Below are positions 41,252 through 53,575 of a DNA stretch of 64,000 bases, one piece after another. Every line of letters begins with the position of its first letter. Position 1 is the stretch's first letter. The translations under genes were made by a program, and so were the position numbers. Origin of the DNA: Auanema rhodensis. Lineage: Eukaryota; Animalia; Nematoda. The stretch is from contig OZ059894.1 in the NCBI GenBank assembly GCA_964057225.1, forward strand, positions 5,146,001 through 5,210,000, written 5' to 3'. The notes below the pieces were generated by a model, which searched no databases, was not told the origin of the DNA, and was given only the letters and a program-made list of their open reading frames with translations.

Positions 41252-44200
41252 AAAAATTCGTTTTTAGACTAATATGGACATGAGGAATCTAATTTTGAAA
41301 ACCGCATCTCTTTATCTTTCACGTGAAGCGAGTTACATACCAAGTGCACATCATGTGTTCACTTAATCAGCATAAATTAAAGTTCACGTAAATTTTAAAG
41401 TCATGGTTACCATGCACCAATATCAATAAAAATTTGTTTTTAGACTAATATGGACATGCGAAATCTAATTTTGAAAACCGCATCTCTTTATCTTTGACTT
41501 GAAGCGAATTACGTACCAAGTGCACATCACGTGTACACTTAATTAGCATAAATTGAAGTTCACGTAAATTTGAAAGTCATGGTTACCATCCACCAATATC
41601 AACAAAACTTTGTTTTTAGACTAATATGGACATCGGGAATCTAATTTTGAAAACCGCATCTCTTTATCTTTGACGTGAAGCGAGTTACATACCAAGTGCA
41701 CATCACGTGTACACTTAATTAGCATAAATTGAAGTACACGTAAATTTGAAAGTCATGGTTACCATGCATCAATATCAATAAAAATTTGTTTTTAGACTAA
41801 TATGGACATGCAAAATCTAATTTTGAAAACCGCATCTCTTTATTTTTGACTTGAAGCGAGTTACATACCAAGTGCACATCACGTGTACACTTAATTAGCA
41901 TAAATTGAAGTACACGTAAATTTGAAAGTCATGGTTACCATCCACCAATATCAACAAAAATTTGTTTTTAGACTAATATGGACATGAGGAATCTAATTTT
42001 GAAAACCGCATCTCTTTATCTTTCACGTGAAGCGAGTTACATACCAAGTGCAAATCATGTGTTCACTTAATCAGCATAAATTAAAGTTCACGTAAATTTT
42101 AAAGTCATGGTTACCATGCACCAATATCAATAAAAATTTGTTTTTAGACTAATATGGACATGCGAAATCTAATTTTGAAAACCGCATCTCTTTATCTTTC
42201 ACTTGAAGCGAGTTACATACCAAGTGCACATCACGTGTACACTTAATTAGCATAAATTAAAGTTCACGTAAATTTTAAAGTCATGGTTACCATGCACCAA
42301 TATTAATAAAAATTTGTTTTTAGACTAATATGAACATGGGAAATCTAATTTTGAAAACCGCATCTCTTTATCTTTGACTTGAAGCGAATTACGTACCAAG
42401 TGCACATCACGTGTACACTTAATTAGCATAAATTGAAGTTCACGTAAATTTGAAAGTAATGGTTACCATCCACCAATATCAACAAAAATTTGTTTTTAGA
42501 CTAATATGGACATCGGGAATCTAATTTTGAAAACCGCATCTCTTTATCTTAGACGTGAAGCGAGTTACATCCCAAGTGCACATCACGTGTACACTTAATT
42601 AGCATAAATTAAAGTTCACGTAAATTTGAAAGTCATGGTTACCATCCACCAATATCAACAAAAATTTGTTTTTAGACTAATATGGACATGAGGAATCTAA
42701 TTTTGAAAACCGCATCCCTTTATCTTTCACGTGAAGCGAGTTACATACCAAGTGCACATCACGTGTACACTTAATAAGCATAAATTAAAGTTCACGTAAA
42801 TTTCAAAGTCATGGTTACCATGCATCAATATCAATAAAAATTCGTTTTTAGACTAATATGGACATGAAGAATCTAATTTTGAAAACCGCATCTCTTCATC
42901 TTTCACGTGAAGCGAGTTACATACCAAGTGCACATCACGTGTACACTTAATTAGCATAAATTGAAGTTCACGTAAATTTGAAAGTCATGGTTACCATCCA
43001 CCAATATCAACAAAAATTTGTTTTTAGACTAATATGGACATCGGGAATCTAATTTTGAAAACCGCATCTCTTTATCTTTGACGTGAAGCGAGTTACATAC
43101 CAAGTGCACATCACGTGTACACTTAATTAGCATAAATTGAAGTACACGTAAATTTGAAAGTCATGGTTACCATGCATCAATATCAATAAAAATTTGTTTT
43201 TAGACTAATATGGACATGCGAAATCTAATTTTGAAAACCGCATCTCTTTATCTTTGACTTGAAGCGAGTTACATACCAAGTGCACATCACGTGTACACTT
43301 AATTAGCATAAATTGAAGTACACGTAAATTTGAAAGTCATGGTTACCATGCACCAATATCAATAAAAATTTGTTTTTAGACTAATATGGACATGGGGAAT
43401 CTAATTTTGAAAACCGCATCTCTTTATCTTCGACGTGAAGCCAGTTACATACCAAGTGCACATCATGTGTTCACTTAATTAGCATAAATTAAAGTTCACG
43501 TAAATTTTAAAGTCATGGTTACCATGCACCAATATCAATAAAAATTTGTTTTTAGACTAATATGGACATGCGAAATCTAATTTTGAAAACCGCATCTCTT
43601 TATCTTTCACTTGAAGCGTGTTACATAGCAAGTGCACATCACGTGTACACTTAATTAGCATAAATTGAAGTTCACGTAAATTTGAAAGTCATGGTTACCA
43701 TGCATCAATATCAATAAAAATTCGTTTTTAGACTAATATGGACATGAAGAATCTAATTTTGAAAACCGCATCTCTTCATCTTTCACGTGAAGCGAGTTAC
43801 ATACCAAGTGCACATCACGTGTACACTTAATTAGCATAAATTGAAGTTCACGTAAATTTGAAAGTCATGGTTACCATCCACCAATATCAATAAAAATTCG
43901 TTTTTAGACTAATATGGACATGAAGAATCTAATTTTGAAAACCGCATCTCTTCATCTTTCACGTGAAGCGAGTTACATACCAAGTGCACATCACGTGTAC
44001 ACTTAATTAGCATAAATTAAAGTTCACGTAAATTTCAAAGTCATGGTTACCATGCATCAATATCAATAAAAATTCGTTTTTAGACTAATATGGACATGAG
44101 GAATCTAATTTTGAAAACCGCATCTCTTCATCTTTCACGTGAAGCGAGTTACATACCAAGTGCACATCACGTGTACACTTAATTAGCATAAATTAAAGTT

Positions 44201-47200
44201 CACGTAAATTTCAAAGTCATGGTTACCATGCACCAATATCAATAAAAATTTGTTTTTAGACTAATATGGACATGGGGAATCTAATTTTGAAAACCGCATC
44301 TCTTTATCTTCGACGTGAAGCCAGTTACATACCAAGTGCACATCATGTGTTCACTTAATTAGCATAAGATAAAGTTCACGTAAATTTTAAAGTCATGGTT
44401 ACCATGCACCAATATCAATAAAAATTTGTTTTTAGACTAATATGGACATGCGAAATCTAATTTTGAAAACCGCATCTCTTTATCTTTCACTTGAAGCGAG
44501 TTACATAGCAAGTGCACATCACGTGTACACTTAACTAGCATAAATTAAAGTTCACGTAAATTTTAAAGTCATGGTTACCATGCACCAATATTAATAAAAA
44601 TTTGATTTTAGACTAATATGAACATGGGAAATCTAATTTTGAAAACCGCATCTCTTTATCTTTGACGTGAAGCGAGTTACATACCAAGTGCACATCACGT
44701 GTACACTTAATTAGCATAAATTGAAGTTCACGTAAATTTGAAAGTCATGGTTACCATCCACCAATATCAACAAAAATTTGTTTTTAGACTAATATGGACA
44801 TGCGAAATCTAATTTTGAAAACCGCATCTCTTTATCTTTGACTTGAAGCGAGTTACATACCAAGTGCACATCACGTGTACACTTAATTAGCATAAATTGA
44901 AGTACACGTAAATTTGAAAGTCATGGTTACCATCCACCAATATCAACAAAAATTTGTTTTTAGACTAATATGGACATCGGGAATCTAACTTTGAAAACCG
45001 CATCTCTTTATCTTTGACGTGAAGCGAGTTACATACCAAGTGCACATCACGTGTACACTTAATTAGCATAAATTGAAGTACACGTAAATTTGAAAGTCAT
45101 GGTTACCATGCATCAATATCAATAAAAATTTGTTTTTAGACTAATATGGACATGCGAAATCTAATTTTGAAAACCGCATCTCTTTATCTTTGACTTGAAG
45201 CGAATTACGTACCAAGTGCACATCACGTGTACACTTAATTAGCATAAATTGAAGTTCACGTAAATTTGAAAGTCATGGTTACCATCCACCAATATCAACA
45301 AAAATTTGTTTTTAGACTAATATGGACATCGGGAATCTAATTTTGAAAACCGCATCTCTTTATCTTTGACGTGAAGCGAGTTACATACCAAGTGCACATC
45401 ACGTGTACACTTAATTAGCATAAATTGAAGTACACGTAAATTTGAAAGTCATGGTTACCATCCACCAATATCAATAAAAATTCGTTTTTAGACTAATATG
45501 GACATGAGGAATCTAATTTTGAAAACCGCATCTCTTTATCTTTCACGTAAAGCGAGTTACATACCAAGTGCACATCATGTGTTCACTTAATTAGCATAAA
45601 TTAAAGTCATGTGTTCACTTAATTAGCATAAAATAAAGTTCACGTAAATTTTAAAGTCATGGTTACCATCCACCAATATCAACAAAAATTTGTTTTTAGA
45701 CTAATATGGACATCGGGAATCTAATTTTGAAAACCGCATCTCTTTATCTTTGACGTGAAGCGAGTTACATACCAAGTGCACATCACGTGTACACTTAATT
45801 AGCATAAATTGAAGTACACGTAAATTTGAAAGTCATGGTTACCATCCACCAATATCAATAAAAATTCGTTTTTAGACTAATATGGACATGAGGAATCTAA
45901 TTTTGAAAACCGCATCTCTTTATCTTTCACGTAAAGCGAGTTACATACCAAGTGCACATCATGTGTTCACTTAATTAGCATAAATTAAAGTTCACGTAAA
46001 TTTTAAAGTCATGGTTACCATGCATCAATATCAATAAAAATTTGTTTTTAGACTAATATGGACATGCGAAATCTAATTTTGAAAACCGCATCTCTTTATC
46101 TTTTACTTGAAGCGAGTCACATACCAAGTGCACATTATGTGTACACTTAATTAGCATAAATTGAAGTTCACGTAAATTTGAAAGTCATGGTTACCATCCA
46201 CCAATATCAACAAAAATTTGTTTTTAGACTAATATGGACATCGGGAATCTAATTTTGAAAACCGCATCTCTTTATCTTTGACGTGAAGCGAGTTACATAC
46301 CAAGTGCACATCACGTGTACACTTAATAAGCATAAATTAAAGTTCACGTAAATTTCAAAGTCATGGTTACCATGCATCAATATCAATAAAAATTCGTTTT
46401 TAGACTAATATGGACATGAAGAATCTAATTTTGAAAACCGCATCTCTTCATCTTTCACGTGAAGCGAGTTACATACCAAGTGCACATCACGTGTACACTT
46501 AATTAGCATAAATTGAAGTTCACGTAAATTTGAAAGTCATGGTTACCATCCACCAATATCAACAAAAATTTGTTTTTAGACTAATATGGACATCGGGAAT
46601 CTAATTTTGAAAACCGCATCTCTTTATCTTTGACGTGAAGCGAGTTACATACCAAGTGCACATCACGTGTACACTTAATTAGCATAAATTGAAGTACACG
46701 TAAATTTGAAAGTCATGGTTACCATGCATCAATATCAATAAAAATTTGTTTTTAGACTAATATGGACATGCGAAATCTAATTTTGAAAACCGCATCTCTT
46801 TATCTTTGACTTGAAGCGAGTTACATACCAAGTGCACATCACGTGTACACTTAATTAGCATAAATTGAAGTACACGTAAATTTGAAAGTCATGGTTACCA
46901 TGCACCAATATCAATAAAAATTTGTTTTTAGACTAATATGGACATGGGGAATCTAATTTTGAAAACCGCATCTCTTTATCTTCGACGTGAAGCCAGTTAC
47001 ATACCAAGTGCACATCATGTGTTCACTTAATTAGCATAAATTAAAGTTCACGTAAATTTTAAAGTCATGGTTACCATGCACCAATATCAATAAAAATTTG
47101 TTTTTAGACTAATATGGACATGCGAAATCTAATTTTGAAAACCGCATCTCTTTATCTTTCACTTGAAGCGTGTTACATAGCAAGTGCACATCACGTGTAC

Positions 47201-50200
47201 ACTTAATTAGCATAAATTGAAGTTCACGTAAATTTGAAAGTCATGGTTACCATGCATCAATATCAATAAAAATTCGTTTTTAGACTAATATGGACATGAA
47301 GAATCTAATTTTGAAAACCGCATCTCTTCATCTTTCACGTGAAGCGAGTTACATACCAAGTGCACATCACGTGTACACTTAATTAGCATAAATTGAAGTT
47401 CACGTAAATTTGAAAGTCATGGTTACCATCCACCAATATCAATAAAAATACGTTTTTAGACTAATATGGACATGAAGAATCTAATTTTGAAAACCGCATC
47501 TCTTCATCTTTCACGTGAAGCGAGTTACATACCAAGTGCACATCACGTGTACACTTAATTAGCATAAATTAAAGTTCACGTAAATTTCAAAGTCATGGTT
47601 ACCATGCATCAATATCAATAAAAATTCGTTTTTAGACTAATATGGACATGAGGAATCTAATTTTGAAAACCGCATCTCTTCATCTTTCACGTGAAGCGAG
47701 TTACATACCAAGTGCACATCACGTGTACACTTAATTAGCATAAATTAAAGTTCACGTAAATTTCAAAGTCATGGTTACCATGCACCAATATCAATAAAAA
47801 TTTGTTTTTAGACTAATATGGACATGGGGAATCTAATTTTGAAAACCGCATCTCTTTATCTTCGACGTGAAGCCAGTTACATACCAAGTGCACATCATGT
47901 GTTCACTTAATTAGCATAAGATAAAGTTCACGTAAATTTTAAAGTCATGGTTACCATGCACCAATATCAATAAAAATTTGTTTTTAGACTAATATGGACA
48001 TGCGAAATCTAATTTTGAAAACCGCATCTCTTTATCTTTCACTTGAAGCGAGTTACATAGCAAGTGCACATCACGTGTACACTTAACTAGCATAAATTAA
48101 AGTTCACGTAAATTTTAAAGTCATGGTTACCATGCACCAATATTAATAAAAATTTGATTTTAGACTAATATGAACATGGGAAATCTAATTTTGAAAACCG
48201 CATCTCTTTATCTTTGACGTGAAGCGAGTTACATACCAAGTGCACATCACGTGTACACTTAATTAGCATAAATTGAAGTTCACGTAAATTTGAAAGTCAT
48301 GGTTACCATCCACCAATATCAACAAAAATTTGTTTTTAGACTAATATGGACATGCGAAATCTAATTTTGAAAACCGCATCTCTTTATCTTTGACTTGAAG
48401 CGAGTTACATACCAAGTGCACATCACGTGTACACTTAATTAGCATAAATTGAAGTACACGTAAATTTGAAAGTCATGGTTACCATCCACCAATATCAACA
48501 AAAATTTGTTTTTAGACTAATATGGACATCGGGAATCTAACTTTGAAAACCGCATCTCTTTATCTTTGACGTGAAGCGAGTTACATACCAAGTGCACATC
48601 ACGTGTACACTTAATTAGCATAAATTGAAGTACACGTAAATTTGAAAGTCATGGTTACCATGCATCAATATCAATAAAAATTTGTTTTTAGACTAATATG
48701 GACATGCGAAATCTAATTTTGAAAACCGCATCTCTTTATCTTTGACTTGAAGCGAATTACGTACCAAGTGCACATCACGTGTACACTTAATTAGCATAAA
48801 TTGAAGTTCACGTAAATTTGAAAGTCATGGTTACCATCCACCAATATCAACAAAAATTTGTTTTTAGACTAATATGGACATCGGGAATCTAATTTTGAAA
48901 ACCGCATCTCTTTATCTTTGACGTGAAGCGAGTTACATACCAAGTGCACATCACGTGTACACTTAATTAGCATAAATTGAAGTACACGTAAATTTGAAAG
49001 TCATGGTTACCATCCACCAATATCAATAAAAATTCGTTTTTAGACTAATATGGACATGAGGAATCTAATTTTGAAAACCGCATCTCTTTATCTTTCACGT
49101 AAAGCGAGTTACATACCAAGTGCACATCATGTGTTCACTTAATTAGCATAAATTAAAGTCATGTGTTCACTTAATTAGCATAAAATAAAGTTCACGTAAA
49201 TTTTAAAGTCATGGTTACCATCCACCAATATCAACAAAAATTTGTTTTTAGACTAATATGGACATCGGGAATCTAATTTTGAAAACCGCATCTCTTTATC
49301 TTTGACGTGAAGCGAGTTACATACCAAGTGCACATCACGTGTACACTTAATTAGCATAAATTGAAGTACACGTAAATTTGAAAGTCATGGTTACCATCCA
49401 CCAATATCAATAAAAATTCGTTTTTAGACTAATATGGACATGAGGAATCTAATTTTGAAAACCGCATCTCTTTATCTTTCACGTAAAGCGAGTTACATAC
49501 CAAGTGCACATCATGTGTTCACTTAATTAGCATAAATTAAAGTTCACGTAAATTTTAAAGTCATGGTTACCATGCATCAATATCAATAAAAATTTGTTTT
49601 TAGACTAATATGGACATGCGAAATCTAATTTTGAAAACCGCATCTCTTTATCTTTTACTTGAAGCGAGTCACATACCAAGTGCACATTATGTGTACACTT
49701 AATTAGCATAAATTAAAGTTCACGTAAATTTCAAAGTCATGGTTACCATGCACCAATATTAATAAAAATTTGTTTTTAGACTAATATGGACATGGGGAAT
49801 CTAATTTTGAAAACCGCATCTCTTTATCTTTGACTTGAAGCGAGTTACATACCAAGTGCACATCACGTGTACACTTAATTAGCATAAATTGAAGTTCACG
49901 TAAATTTGAAAGTCATGGTTACCATCCACCAATATCAACAAAAATTTGTTTTTAGACTAATATGGACATGGGGAATCTAATTTTGAAAACCGCATCTCTT
50001 TATCTTTGACTTGAAGCGAATTACGTACCAAGTGCACATCACGTGTACACTTAATTAGCATAAATTAAAGTTTACGTAAATTTCAAAGTCATGGTTACCA
50101 TGCACCAATATCAATAAAAATTTGTTTTTGGACTAATATGGACATCGGGAATCTAATTTTGGAAACCGCATCCCTTTATCTTTCACGTGAAGCGAGTTAC

Positions 50201-53200
50201 ATACCAAGTGCACATCACGTGTACACTTAATAAGCATAAATTAAAGTTCACGTAAATTTCAAAGTCATGGTTACCATGCATCAATATCAATAAAAATTCG
50301 TTTTTAGACTAATATGGACATGAGGAATCTAATTTTGAAAACCGCATCTCTTTATCTTTCACGTGAAGCGAGTTACATACCAAGTGCACATCATGTGTTC
50401 ACTTAATTAGCATAAATTAAAGTTCACGTAAATTTTAAAGTCATGGTTACCATGCACCAATATCAATAAAAATTTGTTTTAAGACTAATATGGACATGCG
50501 AAATCTAATTTTGAAAACCGCATCTCTTTATCTTTCACTTGAAGCGAGTTACATACCAAGTGCACATCACGTGTACACTTAATTAGCATAAATTAAAGTT
50601 CACGTAAATTTTAAAGTCATGGTTACCATGCACCAATATTAATAAAAATTTGTTTTTAGACTAATATGAACATGGGAAATCTAATTTTGAAAACCGCATC
50701 TCTTTATCTTTGACTTGAAGCGAATTACGTACCAAGTGCACATCACGTGTACACTTAATTAGCATAAATTGAAGTTCACGTAAATTTGAAAGTCATGGTT
50801 ACTATCCACCAATATCAACAAAAATTTGTTTTTAGACTAATATGGACATCGGGAATCTAATTTTGAAAACCGCATCTCTTTATCTTAGACGTGAAGCGAG
50901 TTACATACCAAGTGCACATCACGTGTACACTTAATTAGCATAAAATAAAGTTCACGTAAATTTGAAAGTCATGGTTACCATCCACCAATATCAACAAAAA
51001 TTTGTTTTTAGACTAATATGGACATGAGGAATCTAATTTTGAAAACCGCATCTCTTTATCTTTCACGTAAAGCGAGTTACATACCAAGTGCACATCATGT
51101 GTTCACTTAATTAGCATAAATTAAAGTTCACGTAAATTTTAAAGTCATGGTTACCATGCATCAATATCAATAAAAATTTGTTTTTAGACTAATATGGACA
51201 TGCGAAATCTAATTTTGAAAACCGCATCTCTTTATCTTTTACTTGAAGCGAGTTACATACCAAGTGCACATTATGTGTACACTTAATTAGCATAAATTAA
51301 AGTTCACGTAAATTTCAAAGTCATGGTTACCATGCACCAATATTAATAAAAATTTGTTTTTAGACTAATATGGACATGGGGAATCTAATTTTGAAAACCG
51401 CATCTCTTTATCTTTGACTTGAAGCGAGTTACATACTAAGTGCACATCACGTGTACACTTAATTAGCATAAATTGAAGTTCACGTAAATTTGAAAGTCAT
51501 GGTTACCATCCACCAATATCAACAAAAATTTGTTTTTAGACTAATATGGACATGGGGAATCTAATTTTGAAAACCGCATCTCTTTATCTTTGACTTGAAG
51601 CGAATTACGTATCAAGTGCACATCACGTGTACACTTAATTAGCATAAATTAAAGTTTACGTAAATTTCAAAGTCATGGTTACCATGCATCAATATCAATA
51701 AAAAGTCGTTTTTAGACTAATATGGACATGAGGAATCTAATTTTGAAAACCGCATCTCTTTATCTTTCACGTGAAGCGAGTTACATACCAAGTGCACATC
51801 ATGTGTTCACTTAATTAGCATAAATTAAAGTTCACGTAAATTTTAAAGTCATGGTTACCATGCACCAATATCAATAAAAATTTGTTTTAAGACTAATATG
51901 GACATGCGAAATCTAATTTTGAAAACCGCATCTCTTTATCTTTCACTTGAAGCGAGTTACATACCAAGTGCACATCACGTGTACACTTAATTAGCATAAA
52001 TTAAAGTTCACGTAAATTTTAAAGTCATGGTTACCATGCACCAATATTAATAGAAATTTGTTTTTAGACTAATATGAACATGGGAAATCAAATTTTGAAA
52101 ACCGCATCTCTTTATCTTTGACTTGAAGCGAATTACGTACCAAGTGCACATCACGTGTACACTTAATTAGCATAAATTGAAGTTCACGTAAATTTGAAAG
52201 TCATGGTTACCATCCACCAATATCAACAAAAATTTGTTTTTAGACTAATATGGACATCGGGAATCTGATTTTGAAAACCGCATCTCTTTATCTTAGACGT
52301 GAAGCGAGTTACATACCAAGTGCACATCACGTGTACACTTAATTAGCATAAAATAAAGTTCACGTAAATTTGAAAGTCATGGTTACCATCCACCAATATC
52401 AACAAAAATTTGTTTTTAGACTACTATGGACATCGGGAATCTAATTTTGAAAACCGCATCTCTTTATCTTTGACGTGAAGCGAGTTACATACCAAGTGCA
52501 CATCACGTGTACACTTAATTAGCATAAATTGAAGTACACGTAAATTTGAAAGTCATGGTTACCATCCACCAATATCAATAAAAATTCGTTTTTAGACTAA
52601 TATGGACATGAGGAATCTAATTTTGAAAACCGCATCTCTTTATCTTTCACGTAAAGCGAGTTACATACCAAGTGCACATCATGTGTTCACTTAATTAGCA
52701 TAAATTAAAGTTCACGTAAATTTTAAAGTCATGGTTACCATGCATCAATATCAATAAAAATTTGTTTTTAGACTAATATGGACATGCGAAATCTAATTTT
52801 GAAAACCGCATCTCTTTATCTTTCACTTGAAGCGAGTTACATACCAAGTGCACATTATGTGTACACTTAATTAGCATAAATTAAAGTTCACGTAAATTTC
52901 AAAGTCATGGTTACCATGCACCAATATTAATAAAAATTTGTTTTTAGACTAATATGGACATGGGGAATCTAATTTTGAAAACCGCATCTCTTTATCTTTG
53001 ACTTGAAGCGAGTTACATACCAAGTGCACATCACGTGTACACTTAATTAGCATAAATTGAAGTTCACGTAAATTTGAAAGTCATGGTTACCATCCACCAA
53101 TATCAACAAAAATTTGTTTTTAGACTAATATGGACATGGGGAATCTAATTTTGAAAACCGCATCTCTTTATCTTTGACTTGAAGCGAATTACGTACCAAG

Positions 53201-53553
53201 TGCACATCACGTGTACACTTAATTAGCATAAATTAAAGTTTACGTAAATTTCAAAGTCATGGTTACCATGCACCAATATCAATAAAAATTTGTTTTTGGA
53301 CTAATATGGACATCGGGAATCTAATTTTGGAAACCGCATCCCTTTATCTTTCACGTGAAGCGAGTTACATACCAAGTGCACATCACGTGTACACTTAATT
53401 AGCATAAATTGAAGTTCACGTAAATTTGAAAGTCATGGTTACCATCAACCAATATCAACAAAAATTTGTTTTTAGACTAATATGGACATGGGGAATCTAA
53501 TTTTGAAAACCGCATCTCTTTATCTTTGACTTGAAGCGAATTACGTACCAAGT
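41252..53553 (-). repeat. 176-bp satellite array, block 2, inverted orientation (~12.3 kb, ~70 monomers)
   Basis: It reads as the reverse complement of the same monomer (e.g. CAAGTGCACATCACGTGTACACTTAATTAGCATAAAT) with the same 176-bp period. Confidence 0.99.
42729..49714 (-). repeat. Near-tandem duplication inside the inverted block, period 3552 bp (20 monomers + 32)
   Basis: ACTTGAAGCGTG at 43609/47161, TTTGATTTT (A at 44605/48157), the 32-bp duplication at 45576/49128 and GAGTCAC (C at 46118/49670). Confidence 0.92.
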
Positions 53554-53575
53554 AACTCGCTTCAAGTCAAAGATA
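53521..53575. other. Inversion junction 2: quasi-palindrome with a 7-nt loop
   Basis: TATCTTTGACTTGAAGCGAATTAC-gtaccaa-GTAACTCGCTTCAAGTCAAAGATA. The arms pair as i+j=107096, with one mismatch near the loop (53540/53556). The loop is 53545-53551. Confidence 0.95.

Noticed and set aside
41252-53553. Simple in-place inversion
   Set aside because: Rare markers in the block are also present, in mirror order, in both flanks. That requires copying, not just flipping.
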